A stretch of 64,000 nt of DNA from Octopus sinensis (Eukaryota): the NCBI RefSeq assembly GCF_006345805.1, contig NC_043014.1, forward strand, positions 37,324,001 through 37,388,000. Direction: 5' to 3'. Positions within the stretch are counted from its first letter, which is position 1; every line of letters starts with the position of its first letter. Below, piece by piece: positions 27,025-39,840 of the stretch. The translations under genes and the position numbers were made by a program. Under the pieces are notes generated by a model. The model made no database searches and had not been told where the DNA came from. It saw only the letters and a program-made list of their open reading frames with translations.

Positions 27025-27337
27025 TCCATAGAGGTTTTCCATCAATACATATGTTTATTTTCATGTCCATTGCTAATATTATGATGAGGGTAGATATACA
27101 GACAGACAGAGGGGTTTCATTGATTGTTAAGAACATGTTAATGTTGGAATTTATCTACTGACCGTAGATACTTCTTTTAATTATTTGAATCTGCTAGTGA
27201 GGAGGAAGGGATATATGGTTGAATGGAGACAAAGAGATTTTCTATTTATAGATATAGGAAGGGCTAAAATAAAAGTCAAAAGTTATTCATGTTGAAATTC
27301 AAAGGTAGTGGGATCATAGACTAATAATGTCTTAGAG

Positions 27338-27538
27338 CAGTGGTTTTCAACCAGGGTTCCGCCAGTACAGTCCAGGGGTTCCGCCAGAAGTTACAAAACT
27401 GCTAAAATCAGCAGTAATTTTTAATTCTCCTGTGCAGATATGTGTGCAGAAGACTATTAAATTATTGCACAGGGGTTCCTCGAGCCAGTGGAATATTTCC
27501 TTGGGGTTCTGCTCCAGCAAAAAGGTTGAAAAGCACTG
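27338..27538. mobile_element. hAT-family MITE
   Basis: TIRs CAGTGGTTTTCAACC / GGTTGAAAAGCACTG with an 8-bp TSD TCTTAGAG at 27330-27337 and 27539-27546. Confidence 0.9.
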
Positions 27539-28605
27539 TCTTAGAGAATACCTACTACTACTTATCAATCTAATGAAGTATCAAGAAAACTAGGCCAATA
27601 CACCTTATACAATTAACTAGATAATCTCAATAAACATTTGTAACTTATATAGTAATAGAAACTTCAGAAACTCCTTTACATTTGCATAAATATATATCTA
27701 TATGCATTGCATTAATATATATAATCATAATTGACTAGTAAGTGGTGATTATTTTAATAAGTTGGATTACAAGAGAATGCTAGAGAAAAAAAAAAAAAAC
27801 TATTATTTGTTTTGTATATATATTATGAGTAGGTATAATATTTAATAAGCGTGGACAAAGCCTTATTTATTATGTACATATATTAGGAAGTTCCTAATAT
27901 AAAAAAAGAGAAAATTTAATTCTAATTATGCAATGAAGTTTCCTATTAATCTATGCAAGTTGGATAAAAGCTAGTATGGTATATTCATTTTTATTTGGTT
28001 ATAAAGCGTTATGATTTGAAAATTTAGGGGTGGTCAGAATATAATTATTTAAAATATCTAAACGTATAGGCTGCATGACGTATGCAACATGCTCCTAGTT
28101 CAGAACGATTATTTAACAAGTTTACATTACTCCTATGCTTTAAACTTTCATGTTTCCATAGAACAAAGTTCACAACCATCTCTGCTATTTTTATACAGCT
28201 GTACCTTTCTTATTATAAATTTCATTGCAAATGAACTGACCTGTTTCACCATATTATCGTAATATAGTGAAACAGGTCAGTTCATCCAAAATTCTTAGAA
28301 AACTAAAAATATCTCCTTCGTTGTACATATATATACTACCAAAATATGACCTTTTTGAACTTATAATTTTCTGTGTATATATATATAGATACAATACCAA
28401 ATTCTTTATGAACTTTTTAATAATTTTTTCTGTAAAACGTACAATATTTTGTGACAACCAGTACCAAACACAACAAAGCTTTTACATGTTACTTTTGAAA
28501 ATCTTTTTTCTAAAAAAGGGAAACCGGTCAAGTGAATAAACATCTTTCAAAATTGTATTTTCAAAACCTTCTTTCATAGATGTATATATATATATACATA
28601 TATAT

Positions 28606-28685
<80 letters not shown>

Positions 28686-28694
28686 CATATATAT

Positions 28695-28748
<54 letters not shown>

Positions 28749-28761
<13 letters not shown>

Positions 28762-30126
28762 AAACTGAGAATGTGTGTATGTCTGTGTGAATCTTTAAAA
28801 CTTGAGAACTACACAACCAATTTCATTCAAATATCACACATGCCTTACTTAGGGTCCATGTAGTGTCATGGGCAAAAAGAATTTTTATCTTCTTGCCTAG
28901 GGCGAGCCCACAGCAATATCATATCTTCTCCACATACACCTCACTCAATAAGAATTCCCTACTTGAATGGACCATAGTAAACACAAAACTTGACTTTAAA
29001 AGGATTTAGATAACCCTATCAGGTGGTGCTATTAAGTTAGACATGGCTTGGACCAATCTTTGGTCGAAACATATCTAAGTTTTATGTATATATATGTGTG
29101 CGTATATATGTATGTATATATACATATGTGTGTGCATATATATATGTGTATGTATGTATATATATGTTTGTGTGTATAAATGTATATATATACACACACA
29201 TATATATATATATATATATACCTACTGCATATGTGGTAAATTCTGTTTATGGAGTTGTTAGCTAACTCCTCCTTCACTATTTTATTGATTTTGAGGAAAC
29301 TTGACATATAAGTAGAACTTGTGTCTGGAAACCTCATGGCATACTCAGATTGTTGAAAAATCGATAATAGAGCCCCTGGAAGGGATCTTTATATATATAT
29401 CTGATACATTTTATTTTAAAAACCAAGGGAAATACCCATTCACCCCTAGACGGGATCCTTGTATATAGCCAAGGGAAATAACCCATTCATTTTCCTAAAT
29501 TATTTGGGAAAAATGAAATCGAGTATGCTTATTTCTTAGTATTTGAACTGTTAGAGTTATTTTCGCAATTTATCCAGTACAACCCTTAAACTAGTAAATA
29601 GTATTTTCCTAAACAATAGATCCACTTATTTCAGTTAGTGACTTATTCATGAATATCCCAACATTAAAGCCCCTGAGGGTAATATTCTCTGGGAACGCAC
29701 AAATGCCCTTTTCAGAGTTATTTAATTTGAATTATTATCTCATATCTGATTAGCCTGTTATTATGTAACATGCTTCACGATTTTAGTATACATATGTTAT
29801 TAGTATTTCCTTCTATGTATACTCTATACACTCTGGGAACACATAAAAGCCCTTTTGGGGGCTACTTTATTTGAATTCTTACTATTGGGTAACTAATTCC
29901 ATGTTATTGCATAATGAATTTACAATCTGGGTATTCATAACTTATTTGGAATTCCTAAAAACAACATCCTGCGTAAGACAGTTCGGTATTCTCTGTAAAT
30001 GCACAAAAAAACTGCTTTAAGGGCTACTTTCTTTGAATTGTTGTTGTTAGATTAGCAAAACAATTATGAGAACGGAACCAAGGGATAAGCCCCGCTTTCC
30101 CAGGAATTACTGGGTACATCAACTAG
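28749..30126 (+). mobile_element. Non-autonomous Helitron with a different internal segment
   Basis: 5' part ATATATAAAACTGAGAATGTG..CTTGAGAACTACACAA matches the 11144-12179 family. 3' end has hairpin CCCAG-GAATTA-CTGGG then CTAG|T at 30123-30127. Whether both ends belong to one element is inferred. Confidence 0.6.
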
Positions 30127-30187
30127 TGTATACATACATACATATATGTATATATATATATATATATATAATATATATATATATATA

Positions 30188-31805
30188 CAGTGGCGGCCAA
30201 AATGTTCAGAACGGCATTGTTTTCGTCAGAAAAGTAGATATAATTTTTTATCAAAGTTGTTTTATATTCTATAATTTTCACAGACAATAAGTACGATATT
30301 GTGTTATTGCCTGAGATTTTGGTGTAATTTGAGAGGATAATACAAAAGTTATGGATGGTTTAGTGATTTACTGCAAAACCCATGGCAGCCAAAATGATCA
30401 GAACAGTTGCTTTTACTCCGTGGTTTAGTATATTTAACCGGCAAACTCTAATGTTTTGAATTTGTTTACGTGACGCTTCGTTTACTAAACATTAGTAAGA
30501 ATATTTGCAATGTACTTTGTTAATATAATGCCACTTACTCCGTTACCAATTCGTCAGCAGATTATTAAGCTTCGAAGGAAGGATAATTTAAGTATTGGAT
30601 CTATTGCAAACATTGTTAACAAGTCAAAAAGTGTTGTACACAGTATTCTTAAGGTCTACGATGATTCTGGTTCGTGTGAAGCAAGAAAGTTTACAGGTAG
30701 GCCAAGAAAAACGACCAAGAGAGAAGATCGTGCTATGGTAAAGTTGGTTAAAAAGGACAGATTTAAAACTACTGCTGCTGTTTCTCGGAAAATGAGCATT
30801 GTATTTAAGAAAACTTTATCTCGTAAAACTGTGTCTCGTCATTTAGTTGAACATGACCTACAAGCAAGAGCACCTGCAGTGAAGCCACTGATCAGCTCCA
30901 AGAATAAAAAGTGTCGTCTTACCTTTGCAACCGAACATGTCTTGTGATCTCAAGAAAAATGGCAAACGGTGCATTTCAGTGATGAATCTAAGTTTATGTT
31001 ATTTGGCTCAGATGGGAAAAGGTACGTTCGTCGAAAAGTAGGTAAAAAATTGTCGCCTAAATGCCTTAAGACTAGTGTTAAATTCGGTGGAGGAAGTGTC
31101 ATGGTTTGGGGGATGATATCTCGAGATGGTGTGGGCCCTTTTGTGTGATTACATGGAAATGTAAATGCAGGAGTTTATAAACAACTTGTAAAAGTGCCTG
31201 TGCTGAGAAATTCAACTAAGCGACCATCCATATTCATGCAGGACAATGCCCCATGTCACAAGGCTAAGGTGGTCATGAACTTCCTCAAGGCTGAAAAGGT
31301 TATTGTTATGGATTGGCCTGCTCAAAGCCCAGATCTCAATCCTATTGAAAATGTATGGAATATTCTAGGAGAACGTTCGAAAGCCAGAAATCCTAAAACA
31401 ACTGAGCAATTATGGAATGCCCTTCAGGAAGAATGGAATGAGATCACCCAGCAAGAAATTGAAAATTTAATTTCCTCATGCAGTCGAAGATATCAGAGTG
31501 TGATTGAAGCTAAAGGGCTTCACACTAAATATTAAATAATTCTAGTATTCTCTGTCATTTTTTATTATTTTGTTATTTTTTCAACCGTTCTGATCATTTT
31601 GGCCGCCATGGGTTTTGCAGTAAATCACTAAATCATCCATAACTTTTGTATTATCCTCTCAAATTACACCAAAATCTCAGACAATAACAATTAATATTGT
31701 ATTTATTGTCTATAAAAATTATAGAATATAAAACTACTTTGATAAAAACTTATACTTACTTTTCTGACGAAAACAATGCCGTTCTGAACATTTTGGCCGC
31801 AACAG
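30188..31805 (+). mobile_element. Tc1-like IR/DR transposon with disabled transposase (about 30528-31535)
   Basis: Long TIRs starting CAGTGGCGGCCAAAATGTTCAGAAC, inner direct repeats near 30381 and 31590, TA flanks. GRPRKTT, VHFSDESKF, FMQDNAPCHKA and WPAQSPDLNPIENVW motifs; premature stops. Confidence 0.95.
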
Positions 31806-32128
31806 TATATATAAATCTGTGGCTTAACTTCAGCTTTGATGAAAAGATAAAAGTTGTTATTTTGGATATTACAATTGAATTTGAGGATGTATACAATGAT
31901 AACCATATTCTAACTGTATGTTATATGTTTATATGCATGTATATTTGTATACATGTATATATGTATGAATATATATATATTTAGTCTTGTATCGTAATTT
32001 TCTGATATGTTAGAATCTATTATATGTATGGTCTAGTGAAGATTACTATAAATATAATTATATTGTTACATTTATATATTTGTTGTGCAAGATTTTTTAA
32101 GTGAAATCGTGTGATGAAACAGATATTG

Positions 32129-32409
32129 TTGTATTTCAGAATGGGCATTTTGCCAGTTTAGCCAATAAAAACATATTTGGTGTTACTTTGCTTCAGTGTT
32201 CTTTATTTTTTACATTGATCTTAATCTTATTTCGGCCAGAGTTCTTTCGTCACACTCCTGTGACCGCATCAGTGGTCCTTTGCTTTCTTCTTTCTTATTT
32301 GTGTGTCTCTCCTTACTAACCATCAGCCGTTTTGTATTTCTATATTTCAAATATATAGTGTGTGTGTTTTTATTGGCTAAACTGGCAAAATGGCCATTCC
32401 GAAATACAA
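32129..32409. repeat. Inverted repeat with about 45-bp arms; probable Penelope pseudo-LTR remnant
   Basis: TTGTATTTCAGAATGGGCATTTTGCCAGTTTAGCCAATAAAAACA (32129-32173) and its reverse complement at 32365-32409. PLE origin is inferred from the nearby hammerhead. Confidence 0.65.
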
Positions 32410-32657
32410 TAATTATATTGTTATTATTGATAAACATAATAATAATAATAATAATATCAATATTGATAATAATAACAGTATTTTTATTAATAATTGATTG
32501 TTATTTATCTGTCCATAAGCATAGACGTGTTTATATGTTCCAATGTATTTATATATGTATATGACATATGGTATATCTACTTGAACCTATTGTTTAATTG
32601 TGTTTATTTATGTATTTTACGCATGTAAAGAGTATATACACTTTGCTTATGTATGTA

Positions 32658-32722
<65 letters not shown>

Positions 32723-32819
32723 GGCAATATGGTTATTTGTTTATTTTTTCTATGTATATTAAGTAATACATGTATCATGTTTAATGTATTAATGTTAATA
32801 TATCTAAAGTTCCTTATAA

Positions 32820-32952
32820 CCTCTGACGAGGCCTATGGTTATATATATAAGTACCTTATTTTGAAATGCCTACAACCTCAGTATGTTGACACATATAGGC
32901 AATGAAAATAAAATTATCTACTTTTAGCCATAGGCTGAAACAGCTGTAAGAG
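32820..32952 (+). ncRNA. Minimal type I hammerhead ribozyme motif (PLE-type)
   Basis: CUGACGA (32823-29); stem II GGCCUAUGGUU/AGCCAUAGGCU (32830-40 / 32926-36); GAAA (32937-40); C-AGCU-G palindromic stem III; GUA cleavage triplet (32946-48). Stem I is only 2 bp. Confidence 0.7.
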
Positions 32953-33302
32953 ATGATTTTAACGATTTCATTAATTTATATTATGACTTATAATCTGAAT
33001 TCTTATCTTATAATTTATATGTATTGAATTATAAGATATATATGTATGCTATTAATGTTGTCATTTTGTTAAATGAATAAATAATCTAACATTATAATAT
33101 TTGTAAGTTGATGAACAAACTAATTTTGTTTCTCCATTTTTTTATTTGTATTATAAATTTATGGTAAAAATATTTCTTTACCTTCACCCGTTTAATACAA
33201 TAAATGAGTTAATTGCATTGCAATTAAAAAACATTTATGTATTAAGAATCTGGGTACTGTACCAACAGTATATTGGATATAAAACCCTATATTACATTGT
33301 AC

Positions 33303-33336
<34 letters not shown>

Positions 33337-33354
33337 ATATATATAATATATATA

Positions 33355-33414
<60 letters not shown>

Positions 33415-33447
33415 CATCTATAAATATACATCAATATGTATACATCT

Positions 33448-33494
<47 letters not shown>

Positions 33495-33599
33495 AATTTA
33501 AAATTTAAAATGATAAGGGTGAAAAATTGAATATTAATGTGATTACTATGAATCTAGCAGAATGGATGTCCAGTTACAGTTCATCCCTGTTATATAATA

Positions 33600-34185
33600 G
33601 TTTCCTTTTAATAGTTTCAGTATTAAAGTGAAAGTATCTGACATTACAATAAAGAGATGTTTTTCTTTCACTTTTGACACGTAATACTGAAATAGTGAAG
33701 ATATGATATTGCTGTGGGCTCGCCCTAGGAAAGAAGTTAAAATTTTTTTTATGCCCATGACACTACATGGACCCTAAGTAAGGCTTGTATAAAATTTGAA
33801 TGAAATTGGTTGTGTAGTTCTCAAGTTTTAGGGATTCACACAGACAGACAGACATTCATCATCATCATCATCATCATTTAGCGTCCGTTTTCCATGCTAG
33901 CATGGGTTGGACGGTTCAACTGGGGTCTGTGAAGCTGGAAGGCTTCATCAGGCCCAGTCAGATCTGGCAGTGTTTCTACGGCTGGATGCCCTTCCTAACG
34001 CCAACCACTCTGTGAGTGTAGTGGGTGCTTTTTATGTGCCACCCGCACAGGTGCCAGACAGAGCTGGCAAACAGCTACGAATGGATGGTTCTTTAATGTG
34101 TCACCGGCACGGGGGCCAGGCGAGGCTGGCAACGGACACGAACGGATGGTGCTTTTATCTCAGTTTTAAATATATAGATACATAA
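33600..34185 (-). mobile_element. Helitron 5' fragment interrupted by an RTE-tail element (33865-34150)
   Basis: Matches 11900-12179. CTCAGTTTTAAATATATAGAT resumes after the (CAT)n-tailed insert. Confidence 0.7.
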
Positions 34186-34193
34186 ATACATAA

Positions 34194-34251
<58 letters not shown>

Positions 34252-34570
34252 TGCATATCCATATATATAAATAAATATATACACATACATAGAAACTTGC
34301 ACACATGTATGTGTGGGTGAGCGTACATACGTATAGGCTACATGTATATCAGCCAGTATTCTTTCTCATTCTATAACGTTTTCACGATAAATATGCTGAT
34401 TAAAACATACTTGTGTATTAGTATGGCATATAAAATTGCAGACTTGTGTAATCATAGATATATATAAATAACCAAGTTTGTATGTGTGTGTGTAAATGTT
34501 TTAAATATTTTTTCTAAGTGAAAACAATGCAATTTATAAATATTGATAACACAGGTTGATGGTTACTTAT

Positions 34571-34597
34571 GGGTGATGGTGGTGGCATTCAACGTAC
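34571..34597 (-). pseudogene. Dead micro-exon A1
   Basis: Same flanks as the live cassettes, but acceptor AG>AT, donor GT>AT, and GTA CGT TGA stop in phase 0. Confidence 0.7.
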
Positions 34598-36120
34598 ATA
34601 TGGAGAAAAAGAGATGAGATACATGTGTATAGTGCATATACAGATAAATATATTCTCATACATAGAGACATGTGCACATATGAGTGTGTTTGTACATTCA
34701 TATGTATAGGCCACATGTATATCAGCCAGTATCTTATTTCATCAACAAAGATTAAAATATACGTGTTTATTAGTATCAGCCAGTATCTTTTCTCTTTGTA
34801 TAATGTTTAAAAAGAAATATGCTGATGAAAATATACGTGTGTATTAATATGGCATTAATAATTAATTAGAATAATAATTTCTACATTTATGAATTTGTGT
34901 TGCAAGATTCCTTGTGTGAAACTGTGTTGAAAGATATTGCTGCATATGGTGATGGTCATATTTTTTTGCTTTTTGCCAAATAGATATGTGCACTATATAT
35001 TCGTTCTTCCCCCATTTATTACTGTTCTTACTCTAACTCATGTCCATCATCCAGACACCTTTTGTCACACATCTGTGACCTCTTCAGTGACACTTTCCGT
35101 ATTCGTGTTTGCTCTTGCTCTGCTTATTCCATTCTATTCTTCTATGATGTGTCACATCATAAAAAAAAACAGAATGGAATGAGCAGAAGAAGAGCACACA
35201 CAAATGTAGAAAGTGTGGCTGAAGAGGTCAGAGATGTGTGACAAAAGGTATCCAGACAATGGACTTAAGTTAGAATAAGAAGAGTAATAAACAAGTGAAG
35301 ATCAGATATGTAGTGCATGTGTCTATTTGGCCAAAAAAGGAAAATAATGAACATCCCAAATGACAACAATATAATCATAATAATTAAACATTATGAATTC
35401 TTCTTGTAAGCTTGTTTCACTATGTGGCCTGCATACATTATCCATATCTTATTTATTATTGTACTTAAATTCATCATACTTTTATCTAAGAGTCTACCAC
35501 AAAAAGCAATGAATGAGAAGAAAAATCATATCTTTAGCAGCCATTTATGGAAAATCTGTCTGTGATAGGCGGAAACTAAAAATATATTTGAAATCAGCAT
35601 AAAAAATAGTTCTGAATCACTGAATAACCTATAAACAAACAATCAGCACTTATTTCATTTAAAAGTGCAGTTGTGTAATTATAGATATATAAAAATAATC
35701 ATGTGTGTGTATGTGTGTGCATGTGTGTGTGTAGATATATATATACATTTCTGTGTGTATGTGTTTGTGTATCTGTATGTGTGTGTGTGTTTGCATCTGT
35801 GTGTGTGTGTGAAAAAATCATCCAATGTTCTGTCATGAGGACCACAGACTTGAAGTGTTTCAAATTACAAGACACCATGTGAGAGAAAATCGCGATGTCA
35901 TTGGAGCATAATGTGTCCACATGGATGATGGCTCATTTGCAATCAATATTGCTGCAAAGAGAGAGAAAGTCAAACTGTTCAACCCATGACAGCAAGGAAT
36001 GTGGACATTAAACAACGACGATGCCGATGATGACTATGTTAATGTTTTAAATATGTTTTCTAAGCCAAAACAATGTAGTTATAAATATTAATAATATAGG
36101 TTGATGATTAGTTCCCTTAC

Positions 36121-36144
36121 CTGTCTTGCAGCAGTATGGCTCAT
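36121..36144 (-). CDS. Micro-exon B1 (24 nt, MSHTAARQ)
   Basis: ctcatctctttttctccatag|ATGAGCCATACTGCTGCAAGACAG|gtaagg. Open in phase 0; expression not shown. Confidence 0.7.
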
Positions 36145-38383
36145 CTATGGAGAAAAAGAGATGAGACATATATAGTATATATAGTGTATCATTCAACTAC
36201 AGCAGTAGCTGAATAATATTCTTAAGGACGCAATTTACACACACGCAGCACCTTTCAGAGCTTGTCACTAATTCAGTTCTTAACTAAATGGAAAACCAGT
36301 AGATGAAAATTGGTCCAGTAGAAAAATGTTTACAATAAAATTTGGACTGACATTATAGGAGACTAAATAACACCACCAGTCAAGTTTAGATCTAAATAAA
36401 GCAAAATATATTCATCTTAGCTTCAATGACAGAAGAAAGCATGAAGAATTTCATAGTTTTGTACCCATGCAACAAAAATTTGTATAAAAAAAGTTGGGAG
36501 GTAAAATATGAAAATTAATATAAGTAAGGCATAAAATTGAATTTAAGCATAAATAACTTTTTTGTTTTAAAAACAAGCTATATTTTAATCAACCAATAAT
36601 GCCAAAATTTTACTAGAGAATGAAATTGCCTGAAAATTCACAGATACTATTATTTTGACCTAAATAATAACTGAAAAAAAATTTCATTGAAATCTGTTTG
36701 ATACCGATTGCATACACATTAATAACACCTTCCATACTGTGATACTGATCATACAGAAATCACAATTTGTATCAAGTATTTGTTTCACACCCTTTAAATT
36801 AAGTGCCAGTTGAAATGGACAATCAGTATGAATGGGTAAAGCTGAATTCCTATTTTCAACTTCCTAATTATTAATAAATAATTAAAAAGATATTTTAATT
36901 CTTTACTTTTAAAAGAAGTAACAATTAATAACAAATAAATGTAATAAAGTGTAATAAAATTTTTAGTTTTAATAAATACTAATATTTTCTAAATCTAAAT
37001 ACTTCATTTGAACTTCTATCCTTAGCTGCAATATTTTAAGTAAAATCTTCTTGTTCTGTACTTTACCAGATGTAATAACTAGTCCTGAACTTTTCCAAGT
37101 GTAATAATAGGTCCTGTAATTTTCCAGGTTTATAAGCTTAAGAATATTATTTCTATTCCTCATATTTTTCCATGTAATATATATAGATAGTTAGGTTGAG
37201 ATATACATATATATACACACATGCATCCATACAAGCATGTAGATATACATATGTGTGTGTGTGTGTGTGTGTGTATGTATAGTCCACATGTGTACCAGCT
37301 CGTCAGTCAGTCTCACTGAACAGTGTTTATACAATAAACATGCTGAGTAAAATGTACATGTTAAGAATAATTATTGTAATAATAATAACTAGCAGATCCC
37401 TTAAACATTTGACAGAATCAACAGTCGATTTCATGGCTTATTTGTGAAAACTTTACCCTAAAACTCTAAAAGCGTAGCCTGGGTTGTGTTTGTATGAAAA
37501 GATGGTAAACATTCATTTTAGAAATATATTCTTTATTCTTATTATTTAAGCATTACTCCCTCATTTCCTTACTGACATGAAATTTCGTAACATTTTACTT
37601 CACGACTCTTTTTCTACTTATTTTTGGTCAATGCAACTAGCGATTCTTAATTCCTCGTGCATTTTTCTATCATTTAAGACTAAGAAAAGTATACTTTTAA
37701 TTTAAAATTTAAAAATTTATGTTAATTGAAGATGAATATCTGCCTACTGCTCATCACCCACCTTGAGGTCACATTATATTTTAATGTAACTTTTTTCTAC
37801 TGAACAAAGTCTCAAACTATTTATGCCAAACTATAGCTGAGGAGGTGACCTCTTTAAAACTATTAACAGTTTGCAATTTAGTTGAGAACTGAATTAGTAG
37901 TGAAGCTTGGAAGCTGCTGTGTTTGATGAAATGGTGGACTTGAGAATATATTCAGCCAGTACCGTGGTTGAATGATATTAGAACTTCTTAGAAGCTCAAT
38001 CAAATTGCTGGCCTACATACATTATTCACATCATTTCTTATTATTGATCTCGTCTTTTGTTCTTAATTTCATCATACTTTTACTTAGAAGTCTGCCACAA
38101 AGGCAACAAAATAACCTGTAAAATCATATCTTTATCAAACATATATGAAATATCTGTATGTAATAGGCAAATGTTAAAACCATTATTGAAATCAGTATGA
38201 AAAATAGTTCAGAATCACCTATAAGTAGACATTCATACTTTATTTCATTTAAAATTGCAAACTTGTGTAATCATAGATATTTATAAATAACTGTGTTTGT
38301 GTGTGTAAATGTTTTAAATATTTTTTCTAAGTGAAAACAATGCAATTTATGAATATTAATAACACAGGTTGATGGTTACTTAT

Positions 38384-38410
38384 GGGTGATGGTGGTGGCA
38401 TTCAACATAC
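38384..38410 (-). pseudogene. Dead micro-exon A2
   Basis: Duplicate of A1: AG>AT, GT>AT, GTA TGT TGA stop. Confidence 0.7.
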
Positions 38411-39816
38411 ATATGGAGAAAAAGAGATGAGATACATGTATATAGTGCATATATAGATAAATATATTCTCATACATAGAGACATGTGCACATATGTGTTT
38501 GTACATCCATATGTATAGGCCACATGTATATCAGCCAGTATTTCATCAACAAAGATTTAAATATATGTGTGTATTAATATGGCATCAATAATTAATTAGA
38601 ATAATAATTCTATATTTATAAATTTGTGTTGCAAGATTCCCCATGTTATACTATTATTTGAAACATATTGCTGCATATGGTGATGGTCATATTTTTTTGT
38701 TTGCCAAATAGATACGTGCACTATATATTCGTTCTTCCCCCATTTATTACTGTTCTTACTCTAACTCATGTCCATCATCCAGATACCTTTTGTCAAACAT
38801 CTGTGACCTCTTCAGTGACACTTTCCGTATTCGTGTTTGCTCTTGCTCTGCTTATTCCATTCTGTTCTTCTATGATGTGTCACATCATAAAAAAAAACAA
38901 TGGAATGAGCAGAAGAAGAGCACACACGAATGCAGAAAGTGTTGCTGAAGAGGTCAGAGATGTGTGACAAAAGGTATCCAGACAATGGGCTTAAGTTAGA
39001 ATAAGAAGAGTAATAAACAAGTGAAGATCAGATATGTAGTGCATGTGTCTATTTGGCCAAAAAAGGAAAATAATGAACATCCCAAATGACAACAATATAA
39101 TCATAATAATTAAACATTATGAATTCTTCTTGTAAGCTTGTTTCACTATGTGGCCTGCATACATTATCCATATCTTATTTATTATTGTACTTAAATTCAT
39201 CATACTTTTATCTAAGAGTCTACCACAAAAAGCAAAGAATGAGAAGAAAAATCATATCTTTAGCAGCCATTTATGGAAAATCTGTCTGTGACAGGCGGAA
39301 ACTAAAAATACATTTGAAATCAGCATAAAAAATAGTTCTGAATCACTGAATAACCTATAAACAAACAATCAGCACTTATTTCATCTAAAAGTGCAGTTGT
39401 GTAATTATAGATATATAAAATTAATCATGTGTGTGAGTATGTGTGTGCATGTGTGTGTGTGTAGATATATATATACATTTGTGTGTGTATGTGTTTGTGT
39501 ATCTGTATGTGTGTGTGTGTGAAAAAATCATCCAATGTTCTGTCATGAGGACCACAGACATGAAGTGTTTCAAATTACAAGACACCATGTGAGAGAAAAT
39601 CGCAATGTCATTGGAGCATAATGTGTCCACATGGATGATGGCTCACTTGCATTCAATATTGCTGCAAAGAGAGAGAAAGTCAAACTGTTCAACCCATGAC
39701 AGCAAGGAATGTGGACGTTAAACAACGACGATGCCGATGATGATTATGTTAATGTTTTAAATATGTTTTCTAAGCCAAAACAATTAACAATATAGGTTGA
39801 TGATTAGTTCCCTTAC

Positions 39817-39840
39817 CTGTATTGGACTGCTTTCAAAGAA
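39817..39840 (-). CDS. Micro-exon B2 (24 nt, FFESSPIQ)
   Basis: ctcatctctttttctccatag|TTCTTTGAAAGCAGTCCAATACAG|gtaagg. Open in phase 0, stop in phase 1. Confidence 0.7.

Noticed and set aside
34937-35182. Recurrent hydrophobic ORFs (LPNRYVHYIFVL..) in each module
   Set aside because: They are plus-strand by-products of the duplicated hairpin arm; starts, lengths and frames are not conserved between copies.
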